64,000 bases of DNA from NCBI GenBank assembly GCA_973895155.1, contig OZ316895.1:2963659-3027658 (forward strand), written 5' to 3'. The position numbers and the translations under genes were made by a program. The notes beneath the pieces were generated by a model, which was not told where the DNA came from, made no database searches, and worked only from the letters and a program-made list of their open reading frames with translations. Position 1 is the first letter of the stretch. Each line of letters begins with the position of its first letter. This stretch comes from Marsupella aquatica. Lineage: Eukaryota > Plantae > Marchantiophyta. Below, piece after piece: positions 1-11,519 of this stretch.

Positions 1-325
1 CCATAAATTAAACACTCAAAACTTAGTTTGCAGGGGGCATAATTGCAGACAATATGTTGCCTTGAACTTATTTAACGAAGGCTCAGAGATGTAGGACCGT
101 GAGGTTTTGGTAGGATACCTTACGTTGTCTAAAAATATTTGCCCCCTAGAATAATAAGTTGGCAAAAGTCTATGGTTGAACAAAATTATTATTACTGTAG
201 TAAGTTGTCGAAGACTTGTCTTGCAGTCACTCTCTAGCCAAGGAATCAAAGGCATGAGAAATCACAATCTCATGATTTTGGTAGGAAGTCAAACTCCATG
301 AACTAACTAGAGATGAGCACCAAGT

Positions 326-503
326 CAAGAAAAGACTTAACAGGACACTAAGATCTCCTGGACTTAACAAGACCCTGTGTGATAAAAAGACTTCACAGGA
401 CCCCTATGATTACCTATTTTGCTCAGATCTTGATGGCATTTTAGTCACAAGGGTCTGGTTAAGTACAGGAGATGCCAGAGGGGTGATGTTAAGTCTTTTC
501 TTG
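326..503. mobile_element. Foldback MITE, Mutator-like (178 bp)
   Basis: Imperfect long inverted arms CAAGAAAAGACTTAACA.../...TGTTAAGTCTTTTCTTG, flanked by a perfect 9-bp direct repeat GCACCAAGT (317-325, 504-512). Confidence 0.75.
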
Positions 504-825
504 GCACCAAGTTGGCCCAATAATAAAGTATGTTGTATGACATGTACTCAATGGGCGTCAGGATTGTGGCCCATTGAAATCAGGGCACTTTAATTGGGTA
601 GTACGCCTGGACCGTATAGTAGAACCCTGTAAAAGTAAGCATAAAAATATATGTAAAAAATATTTATTTCCTTTTACGTTTCTCGCTCCCCGACCGGGGT
701 GGTAAGTCAAAGCCTTCTAGGTGCCGCGAGCTGAAGCCTGGGGGCCCTATTGTCTAAGCGGCAGGCACGGGTAATTAAAACAAAGTGTAATGTCTTTCAC
801 GAAATAATTCAGAATATCACTAACC

Positions 826-889
826 GAGCGAGTTGGTTAGGTAAAGGCTGACCAAGCCAACGACGCTTAGCGGGCTGTTAGGGCGATCC

Positions 890-922
<33 letters not shown>

Positions 923-927
923 CACGG
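826..927 (+). pseudogene. Mitochondrial-type small-subunit rRNA fragment (about 100 bp)
   Basis: GGTAAAGGCTGACCAAGCC...GCCACACTGGGACTGAGACACGGCCCAGACTCCCACGG matches the conserved SSU rRNA region around E. coli positions 260-345, with plant-mitochondrial-type residues (CTCCCACGG). Truncated at both ends. Confidence 0.8.
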
Positions 928-1311
928 CCCCCCGACATCAGTTCTTACGCGAGCTACCCGTCAGACAAAGAAAGGGCAAATAAATATAAGTAAAAATCTC
1001 TATTTTCCATTCCCCCCCCCCCCCCCCCCTATGGCATTTTGGAATATGTCAATGATGTGTCAAATCCTATAGACCGCAAAAAGTTTTACTAGGATTTATT
1101 CAGTTTCTTCAACAAAACACGCATAGTGCAATCCGCTGGAGTTCTATACGAACCTGAATCGGTTCGCGACTCTTTCACCGTTCCCGGGCCGTCGGGCCCG
1201 GCGGTCCCTCCACCTTCATCCAGTTGAAAGAGGCGCGGACTAAAATCGACGCTTGTATAAGGCTCCATAATTTTTTAATTTTTTTTGTCTGATTCGTTCC
1301 TTGCTGCTTAT

Positions 1312-1383
1312 TCTCTAGTAGCTCAGCGGTTAGAGCAAATGGCTCTTAACTTTGGGTCGTTGGTTCGAATCCAACCTAGAGAG
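1312..1383 (+). tRNA. tRNA pseudogene with a mitochondrial trnN(GUU)-type body; anticodon now reads CTT and the anticodon stem lacks one base
   Basis: Acceptor stem TCTCTAG/CTAGAGA, D arm GCTC...GAGC, T arm GTTGG-TTCGAAT-CCAAC, discriminator G. Anticodon arm AATGG-CT-CTT-AA-CTTT is poorly paired. Confidence 0.7.
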
Positions 1384-2441
1384 ACCGAACCAGTGGGAAA
1401 GGGTGAGACCAAATAAATGATATGTAGCAAGTTCTACACCTTCTCGCTTTTACGCTCAAATGCACCTAATGAAAGGTGTATTTCACTTGAGAAGACACGG
1501 AACTTGCTCCAATTGATTCTAAAATTTACGAGTTTTCTTCTGTTCTGTTACGCGGCTTGGATTTTTCTTACGCAATTCGAACTAATCCCAATTTACTTAA
1601 AAGGGTCTAATGCGAAAACTTTGGATGGTCCGGACTCGATACTAGTACTCTCCAAAACGGACGCAGATACACGGAAGTGATCCTCTCTGTATGCCGTGTA
1701 TCTTGTAGTCCTAGAGGATCACTCTTTTCTGGCTAGCCATCTCTTTTGCGGAGTAGTATTTTCGTTCAACAATAGTTGATCACTCTCTGCTGCTGCCATC
1801 CAGGAACTACTTGCCCCGGCCGGAGCTACCCGGATCGCCCAGTTGGCTTCATAGAGATGTCGTGCAAGGTTTGATATTGTTTGCCGTCCTCGAAGAAGCA
1901 ACCGATGGCAATATTTAATTTACGATGTTTGTGCGAAACTTCGCATTTCGTACGGGGACGTACAATTCAACAGACTCTAATCAGGTTAGCGCTGTGCGAT
2001 TCGTCCGCTGCTCCGAAGACTGGCCTGCCCCCGTCTCGCTTTTTACGCACACGCGCTTTACGCTTCAATTTGCTTCACGCGCTTCGATCGGCTTTTGCAC
2101 CATAAACTATTATAGTCACATGGGCGGGCTGAGGAGCAAACCCCTGACTCGCTTTGCAAAATGACTTCGATGATCGAATCGATTGTTCACTTGAGTTACT
2201 CATAGACATTGACCTGCCCACGGTTGAATCAGCGGAGTTCCTCCGATCAGCATCAGCATTTTGCATCCTTCCGCGTTGGGCTGAGCTGAGATCTTCAGCT
2301 GGACTGACATAGTGTTGTACTGATTCGTGCTTCATTGGAGCGGTCGATCTTCCTGTGTGAAGCTGTGGTCGACGCACACGTAGACGTTACTACTATAACG
2401 GACTAGATTCCCAATTCGATTGAGTTGAAGGGCCGCTTGAA

Positions 2442-5400
2442 ATGGGACCTGAGGTGATGTGTGTCTTTGCTGCGACGAGGGTGATTACGAAGTTGAAGGA
2501 ATTGCATGACACCAAGAAACATAATGCCACGATTACACAAGAAATTGACCGGTTCATTAGTTCCTTGAACGAGAACATTGATCTGCTGAGGGAGCAGCTA
2601 CCCGATAAGAGGGGCTCGTGGGCAATCGGTACGTATTTCCATTCTTTGTTTCCTCAGCGCAAATTGAATAATATATGCAGGACGTACTCATCGTTTTGGT
2701 TCCTCTTGACGTACATCGCAGACAAGTTACAACTTCCCAGTAAGTTCTATATATAATCAGAATGGTAACCCGCAACTTGCATTTCTGAAATCGCATGGGC
2801 TTGTCACATCATCAGAGTCCTTGACAGCCGACCTGAACAAGGCCGCTGATTTCTTGGAGGAAGGCCAGAAGAATGGAAACTTACAAAAATTTTGGGATGC
2901 AAAGCACGTCGCGGAGAAGCTCACGAGCCTTCGACAAGAAATAATCAACAATTTTCAAGTGAAAGTTTTCGTCACTACGCTCGAGGTTTGTTTCGATTGA
3001 TTTTAGTGCGTCATCAATCCGAGTCTCGACTGGAATCCAGAATCAAGTTTATTCACTCTAATCAGATTAAATTTCACGACATTCATGCAGTACTGATATT
3101 GGGAACAGCCGTTTTAACTAGACTTCAATCGTGTGTTGTAGGTCGCTATCGATGGCAACGAAAAAATGGAAAATTTTGAAGCTAGAATGCTGGAATTGTC
3201 AACGCTGTGGGCTTCTAAGTCTCATTCAGCAGTAGCCGAAATCCGACAGCTTTTGCAACCACTGGTGGTTGGATTAAGGAGACAAGACCAGAAACTTCAG
3301 TCCTTCGTTTCCACGGTCCGGGGAAACGAAAGCAAAATCGAAACTTCAACAGAGACGCAGAAATTCTTAGAAGATGTGAGAAGTAATCACAAATTCCTCT
3401 CTCAAATTACAAAATTTTCTTCGGTTGCGTGTTATCTACTCTGTCAAACAGAGCAATTGGTCGGGCATGGAAAACCATAGCTTTCCGATTATTATGCTGC
3501 ACATCGTCTATCTTACAGGGGAAAACCCTTAGTAGGTTAACAGTTTGCCTCTTTCACTGAAAATTTAGGATGTGGAACACACCTGATAAGTGCCCAGCTG
3601 AGATGAGATATGGCTATTTGACCTACCACACCTTCTTATTCGCAAGCTGTCACATTGCTTCCTTTTGAATTTAAGCTAGATGGAGCTCCCTGGCACCAAG
3701 CCCAAGGAATTAAACCCAGGCTGTTCAATTTCCAAACGCCGTGAATTGATTCTTAGCTATGGTGGGAATCCTGAATGTTACAGGTGTTGGCGAACTTAGA
3801 AGACTTAACAGATGAGGGGAGTGGAACGAGACGAAGTGCACCAGAGGTTGATCGTGACGACTACCTTGACCCCTTCACCATGGAACTAATGAGTGATCCT
3901 GTCAAATGTACCGATGGCCAAACCTACGATAGGTTCTCGGTCATCCAGTACAATCTAACTCAGAAAAGGCCCTTGGTCATTGCTTGTGACGATCTTAATG
4001 TGAGGAGGATACTGTTCCAAAAGTTTGCGAACGAAGATGTGGAAAGCAAGTTTCGCAATCAGCGCAAGGCATACAGGGATCAGGCTTTCGAGGTAGCTAA
4101 CAAAGGCCACAGTGCGGAAGCTCTGGCAATGCTCAAGAATGTATTGCAATGGGCACCTAACGATGTCCAGTGCCTTACGAAGAGTGAAGATCTCGAAGAA
4201 ATTGTAGCTGAGCACGAGAAGAGAACTGTGGTATGTTGCCAAACCGATTTCTTCAGAAAGTGATGCAAACCGATGCCTAGGTCAGCTAATGAAAGTTTTA
4301 GTGACATGATCTAGGAGTGAAGCCCCCTTTGTGGAGTCAATATGGACGAAATCCAGCTGTTTTGTTTTGTTTTGCTTCTTTCATTTAAAAGTGTCTACCT
4401 GTAGACAGTAAAATTACTATCTCATTTTCTTTTAAAAGGCCCATGACGTTAGCTTGTTCGATTCTCAAGAGATTGAATTTGCTCAAAATGGACAGTAACA
4501 GTTGTAATCTCTTTACATATTTAGTTTTAAAGACCCATACTGTCGACTTGTTTCTGTGTGTAGAGTCTGATTAGGATGGTCTCAACAGTCTAGCTGTAAT
4601 CTCTGATATAGTTGTGAACTGCTAATCACTTTGGATGCCCTGGCTATTGCATTCCCAAGAAGATGTACGTTCATCAAAGTTTGCTCTACAAAACCGCCCT
4701 CTGATTCAGTTTGGAAGTGCCCACCACAATGCCTTGTTTCATTTGTTATCTGGGAGAGTTTGATAAAACAGGCTGTATACTAAAAACTGATCTGGTCTCA
4801 ATGATTACTTTTAAACTCCCCATCACTTGGTGTAGTTTTGTTCCATGTTGTAGGCTGAGGGGTTTGGTCACAATTATGGAGTCATCACTTAAACTCTTCT
4901 ATCGGATATGTAGTCCTTTTGAGGTTCTCATCGTTTTTGCCTATTTGATTCTTTAGAGGAGTGCGCTTATTATGAACTTACCTGTTTAGCTGTTTCACCT
5001 GAATCGCAGCAACCCTCTGCCCCGCCTGCTAACATGGTCCCTCCTCAACAAACGATAATACAGGCAAATGCTCCGACGTCTCAGGATCAGCAGTTCCGTA
5101 ATAGTTATGAGGCAAATCAACAAGTCAGTGAACAGCAGAACATGGAGAGTTTTGCAGTCGGCGTCATCATTATGTAAGCAGCTAACAGTGCCGTCTCTGT
5201 GCTGTCAATTCTTCTTGCCAATGATTTTCTCGTTTTGGGAACAACCATTGGCGTGCTCCGTGAGAGTTCATTATTTGGTCCTGCAAAAGGAACTTATTTG
5301 AAGTAGAGAAGTGCATTCTCTACGAAGGACTACAGGGCAACTCTCTTCATTCCTCAGTTATTAAGCTGGTGAACTTGAGTTGTTTCCAATGCTTGAATTT

Positions 5401-5562
5401 GCCGTCTCTGTGCTCGTTATTGAGATCTGACGATTATCATTTGACGATAATTTGGCTTTGTGTTCAATCATATACAATTGCAGGGTTCTATGTTTCCCTT
5501 GCTCTCTTTGCTGCATTCCATGTCTGTTCCCAAATGCGTGCGGACGCAGACAAAAAAAATGA
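2442..5562 (+). CDS. U-box E3 ligase, copy 1: N-terminal helical bundle (MLKL-NTD/UND-like) + U-box + TPR-like helices + PSAP motif + Cys-rich C-terminal TM segment
   Basis: Exons inferred from GT-AG sites with consistent phases: 2442-2628, 2816-2985, 3142-3374, 3784-4230, 5010-5173, 5484-5562. U-box DYLDPFTMELMSDPVKCTDGQTYDR; C-terminus FAVGVIIMVLCFPCSLCCIPCLFPNACG. Confidence 0.75.
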
Positions 5563-8500
5563 CAATGAAGCCAAGTAGAACCAATTTTGGACTTTCAGAA
5601 GGACCCTCGGAATGACCACCACAGAAGACTCAGAATGCAAAGGTCTGGTTGACAACTGATCTCACTCAAGATTGTTTTGGGCAGAAAGTACCTTGGGCCC
5701 TGAGTCCAAGAAAAATTAGGGAGGAGGGAATCTTCAATTGGGAATAAATTCAATTGCATTTGATCTAGTATAGTCAATCAGTTCTTCAGGCTTGTATTAC
5801 AGTTCTCTCTTGTTTTATGCATGTTTGGAATTCAACACAATTTTACTATCCTAGATCAAATGCAATTTACAAGTGTTCAAATCCCTTGAACAAAATTTAT
5901 CTATGAATTTGCATGCCTTGGGCCAATGATGATGGATTCTGCATTGTGGACTATGTTTGTTTGCACATGTAAAATGCCCGATTGAATGATTGACAACGTT
6001 GTATCTGCAATTTTATCTAATTTTAGCACAAATCCTAGCTTAAACTTTCACATGGCTCTTCTGCCATATATCTTTCAAATATCAAATATGCAAATAATTG
6101 TATTTGCAAGAAATCAGTCCACACTCAATTGTAAGAATATGAATTTTCGTACTTCAATTGACAGACAATTCCAAGACTATGTGCAAGAAACTAGGCAGCT
6201 TGATGTGTGTCAAGTACACTCTGCCCAGGTTAGTACAAGGAAGTCGTTTGCATCATCATTTAGATAGTTGAGATGAGTGCTGCTACTTTTGGCATAACAA
6301 GAGTCTTGAGAGCTTTCACATCCTTTGTTTTAAGATACGCACGGGGGTGTATTTTTCTCTTGGATAGCTTTAATTGATTTCCCTTCCCAGTCTGTTGTGG
6401 GCCGACACTTGTGTGGCATGTGGAATTGTTTTTCGCATTCATGCTCTCCATCTTACTAATAAAGCGCGAACTGCAGCCTAATTTTCACAAGCTAGGGTCT
6501 AGAGTGAAGTCTCTAGACCTTAACTCTATGGTCATCATGTGCATGGGAAAAATTTATGACATGATTATGATGTATGTACATGCCAATTTTATGTGATAAT
6601 TTTTGAATATTAACATTCAAAAAATATAGGTAGTATGGCCCACCATAACATATATGCATAGAACATGGATGTGCATACAAAAAGCATGATGTGCATATAA
6701 AAAGAATGATATATTATATATGACTATTAAAATGATGGGTTTTTTTTTATCATTTTAATAATCTTCAAAGAATATGAATAAAGAATATATTTTGATAATT
6801 CTTTTATTGTCTCCTCTCCGCTATTCACGTTCAAAGAACGGGTAGTCGGGGCTAGTTTTAAAAATAGCAGAATTCATTTTTGTACAGACGTACTCGAAAC
6901 ATGATTACTGTAATACCCAGATGTTGTTGTACATGTGCATGATGAGGTCCAGTAATTGGGTAATGGGAGGTGCCCCTGGGATGTAGAAACCATCAGCTAA
7001 ACACACAAATCATGTTTTCTTCAAAGTGAAGGGCTCTTTAGCAAATAATTAATCTAGTGGCCTCAAATAATTAAAGCAAGTTCCAAGTGTATGATCGTAT
7101 TCTTTGTCCATGCGGTCTAATTCTTGTAGATCCGTGCTACTCAATGGTGGTACTGTAAACTTACTGTCAGCAATTGTGCACCCATGTTTTCGCTCATTGC
7201 TCGAATGAAAAATTTCCCGAAGACAAGATTTTACACAACTGCACCTATAAAGCTACAGGTTATGGGTTTCTCATTATAAATGCACAAGTTCATGAATGTG
7301 CTTGAGCTCCGCAAAGTGTGGGTACACTGTTCACCACACAACATGAATAACAGGGGAGGTACACGAATGAAGGAATGGGGATTTTTACAGGGGCAGGTGT
7401 GGTTTAATCAAAGAAACGTAACGTGTGCTAGGAGGTTCCGATGCGTACAATTGACGCGCTGAGTGCAGCGTGACGAGTGTCGCAGTTTGAGAGCACAGTC
7501 AGGTTCTCCACCGTATTTTGTTTTGGAATTGGTAATCAAAGTGCGTGCATAGCGGCAAAATAGTAGCCGGATCGAGTCGAGTGCATAGCCGCGTCCGCCT
7601 CCGTAGGTGTCTATACAAAATTGTTTTCGGATGTCTCTCCTTCATTGTCATGATCCACTATGCAGATCCACTCGCCCATTAGCTTATGAAAAATGGGCCC
7701 ACAAAATTGATAACTAAGGCATGAGCATACACGAGACAAACGGCTTTGGAAAGCCTGGGTGTTGTGATTATCCTGTTCATCCATCCTTTCTCAACTCGCC
7801 AGCAGCCAGCTGAAGCTTTCACTCGCTAGGTCCTTGTTGGCAACAGAGCTAGACAACAGAATGCATGAGAGATGCGATAGGGTTGGGTTTAGCAGCTTGA
7901 TCCCGAGCTTGATTCAGCTCCCGCTGCTCCAGCTGGAGCATTTATGTAACAGGAGGCCATGTCGCTTCAGTTCCGGCTGTTACTCAGGGACGTCACAAAA
8001 CTGCGATGTAACTGAATGCGGGAAGCTTTCGCCTTTTGTTTATCTACGAGTCCTATAGTTTCAATTTCAGGCTGCCTGAAATGGCTGGATTTTTGTCCTG
8101 ATTAATTGTCTGGGTGTCTTACATTCTCCTTTGTGTGGTCTTCCACAAATTCAGAACGAAACTCAAGCTCGAGGCTAATTAAGAGCCTCCATACTCAGCT
8201 CCCCGCATACCAGACGGGCCAGTCCAAATTTTCTATAGTGTCAAGAGGTTTTTTAGAGTGCCAAGAGGGTCTGAAAGAACCCCACTTTTAGGTGGGCTCA
8301 ATGACAAACGCCCTGGACAGGTTGCTGGCAGGGCTCAAAGTCGAGACCTCCTCAGCCCCGATGAGCTCCTGCCTAGACCTAGAGGCAGGTGGTGACCAAA
8401 GGGATTTGCACCCAGTATTTAACCTAATACTGGCGTCACAAAAAATGGGCAGTGGGCAACTTCATACTGGCTAATCACATTGATCTTGTGCCCCCTCCCT

Positions 8501-11500
8501 AATTTCCACAATGTGTGGTGATTTCTCTGAACAAGGGTCTGTTGTGATTAATTTTCTGGGTGTCCTACATTCTCCTTTGTGTGGTCTTTCGCAATGTGAT
8601 GATTTGTCCAAACAAGAGTTGGGATTGAGGGACTACACTTGAATCTATGTCCACGTGGAACGACTTAACTTACACTTCATGCCCTTAACTCAATCACAGG
8701 GTAGACTTAGCCCTAATGAGGGGAAGTGTGGCTACAAATATTTGAAAGAACTCAAACAAGAGGCTCAGTTTTCTTTGATATCTCCCACCTTAGAAAATTT
8801 CAGCTTTGTAGACTTTGGCTTTGCACAGGCTCTGCAACTTGACAAGGTCACTCCAAATTTGTCAATGTCTTCCACCTTAAGTCTTGTAGTTGGTCCATTC
8901 TAGCTTGATTAATGTGTGGCCAAGCCTTTTATGTCACATCTCCCCGGCCCTCTTGTTGTGATAATAAAATTGAAGCATGTATGCTTAAAGTTAGACCAAG
9001 TTTATACAATTTATGAATTACATAACAAACTATTAATGATAGAGCAACGTGGAAACTTTCAGAGTACATGAATTTCACTTGATGATAGACTCTCCTCTTT
9101 CATCAAGTTGATTCACTTATCTAATTACAAGTTGGTTCAGTTATTTAATTAATATGGGTTCTTTATAAGACACGGTACATGATGCACTTTTTTCACCATC
9201 CTCAATGGTCATTGAATTCAATAGAACACTTCCCACTCCAACAACATGCAAGCTAATCTCCTAATCACACAGCAATAAAATGCAAGTTATCTCCTAATTA
9301 ATCACACAACTTGGACATGTCCCTAAGCTTTGTACTCCACAAAGTTTCCTTCATGATGTGCCAAATACTATCATTTCCCCCCATTTTTTAATGAATGATG
9401 TACCATAATCATATAAATTGTGTAAGTTGCAACTATGTCCCAAACTATGTCCACAAACCAGCTTTGAATTCCTTGGCTAGAACTCTCAATTGATGAGGTG
9501 TAATTAACAAGCCTTCCCCCAATTACTACCTTGTGGGAGAATACATTTTCCCTACTTCGAGTCATTGTAAAGTGCTGTTGTCAACCGTCCCTGCCAAATC
9601 ATTCAGCTTTTGTCTCGTTTCTTCTTGCAATAGATTTTCTTCTTGCAATAGATATGCAATCAAGGACCAAAAAGTACTACTTGTATCCCACCTTAGCTAG
9701 AGGAATAATTGCTCCTCTAATTTAGAGGCATACATGCTCCTCATAAGTGCAAATCTTGTGGCTTCGATCATTTGACAATGTGCTCTTGTAAGTGCATTAA
9801 TTGCTCTAAGCCCTCTTAATGTATGCCTTACAATGTTTTCCCTCTCCTTCATTTTGGAGAGTTGTCAACTTCTAATGATCCAGGAAATGCATCTTAGTTA
9901 TGGTATCATTTGTTTCAAACATGTTAAAAACTGCTTGAGTGTGCTTCCCCATCAAGGTTGGCATTAATGATCTTTTATACTTGTGGATTTGGTCTGCCTT
10001 GTGTTAGAAGAGTCTCATTGCTTTATGATTTCATTCTTCCAATTCATGTTTTGTTAAAATAGACATTGGGGTTGTTATTGGCTTGGAGCTAGTGCCATTA
10101 ACAATACTCATCAACTTATAATCCTTGAAACGCAAAGTGATTTTTTTTATCAATTTTCACTCTTGGAAATATGTGCAGTCAAATTTCATAATCGTCATGT
10201 TTGACATCAGCCAATGCTCAACAAAAAAGAACCAACACCTTTGTCGTGATTACTTGGTCAATAATCTTCATCTTCTTGCCCATCACAAAAATCTTCAATT
10301 TTGGCCATTGCGCTTAGAAGAACCCCATTCATAGTGCAACAGTTTCTCCTCCTTCTCACCCCAGGCTCCTCTACAAAACTTTTCTGTTGCTTCCGCCTTA
10401 CTAGTCAAATTCTTTGCGTCGTCAAAGCCAAAATTGAGATCAAGCTTCCCCTTCCCCAAAACATGAATTCGACAATGGCAATGTAAGCATCAGCATCGAC
10501 TTCACCATAGCCAAGCTCCCCCTTCCCAGTGAGCAGTGTCCAGATCGCCCATCGGTCACTCTACACGGAGGCCAACTTACTGTTATGAACTGCATATAAA
10601 ATTAAGCCGCACCTACACACATGATTGCTCACTGTGCATGAAGTCTTACTATGATGGCTCACTGTGCATGAAGTCTGTGCATGAAATCTCCATCCCTCAC
10701 TGGCGGCAAAGTCTTCAGCTCTCTAAGTTTAACACAAGACCTCTTACTAGGAGACTTATACTAAAGGCACTCTTGAAACCGTTCGGGCTGTCAACCCCTA
10801 ATATTTGAAAAGGCAAATGTTGATCTTGGGTTGGACGCTGGCTTTCAAGCCCTATTTGAACAGGCAAATCCTGATCTTGGGTTGGAAGCTTAATCACCCT
10901 GAATTTGACTCAAGATAACAGACCACTCACCCGGTGCCACTTTACGTAGAACTCGATTATACAAATCTGTATGAGGTTTGATTTCGCCTTGACTTGCGTT
11001 TGCGTTTTCGTGATAGTAGTTATTTTTGGAAAAGTACTTTGACTCCCAGAAAATTCCTGCAGCAAGATTGTGAAGCTGTTAAGGTTACTAATTAATAGTA
11101 CCTTCGTCATTACTCCCGGGGGTGCATACGATTCTCCTGACGGCAGAATTTTCAGATCCCGGTTGACCATTTTAGTGGGAAAGAAAGCTTGTGATGAATC
11201 TTCTAAGGATATACCTTGAGCAGTCGGAGACTACAGCGGCTGAATGGCGGACTTACCATTGGGAACTTGTCATAGGTGTCAGTGTAACGGAATGAGAACA
11301 AAAACTTTTCGGAACCTTTTATGCATTGATGTTTCTTGGAGTTTCAGCTTTCTTCGGTTTCACGCAGCGCAGAGTTGTCTCCTAGCTAATCTTCAATTTT
11401 TCAAAAGGCAACGAAGAATAAATCCGAACTGTTATTTGGCCAACGCGAGGGCCAACCCCCATAATTCTTCAAAACAGACGCAGATACAAGGATCTTCTCG

Positions 11501-11519
11501 TAAACAGAGACACTTCTGC

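Larger units (their letters stand above)
545..1400. other. NUMT: mosaic of mitochondrial-derived fragments
   Basis: Contains a mitochondrial-type SSU rRNA fragment and a mitochondrial-type tRNA, with GC-rich structured stretches between them. Boundaries are approximate. Confidence 0.55.

Noticed and set aside
1312-1383. Functional tRNA-Lys(CTT)
   Set aside because: The body is Asn-type, the anticodon stem is broken, and it lies among organellar fragments.
5700-11200. Possible decayed TE or gene remnants between the U-box copies
   Set aside because: Only short ORFs and a ~45-bp direct repeat (about 8100 and 8548); no motif or termini I could support.
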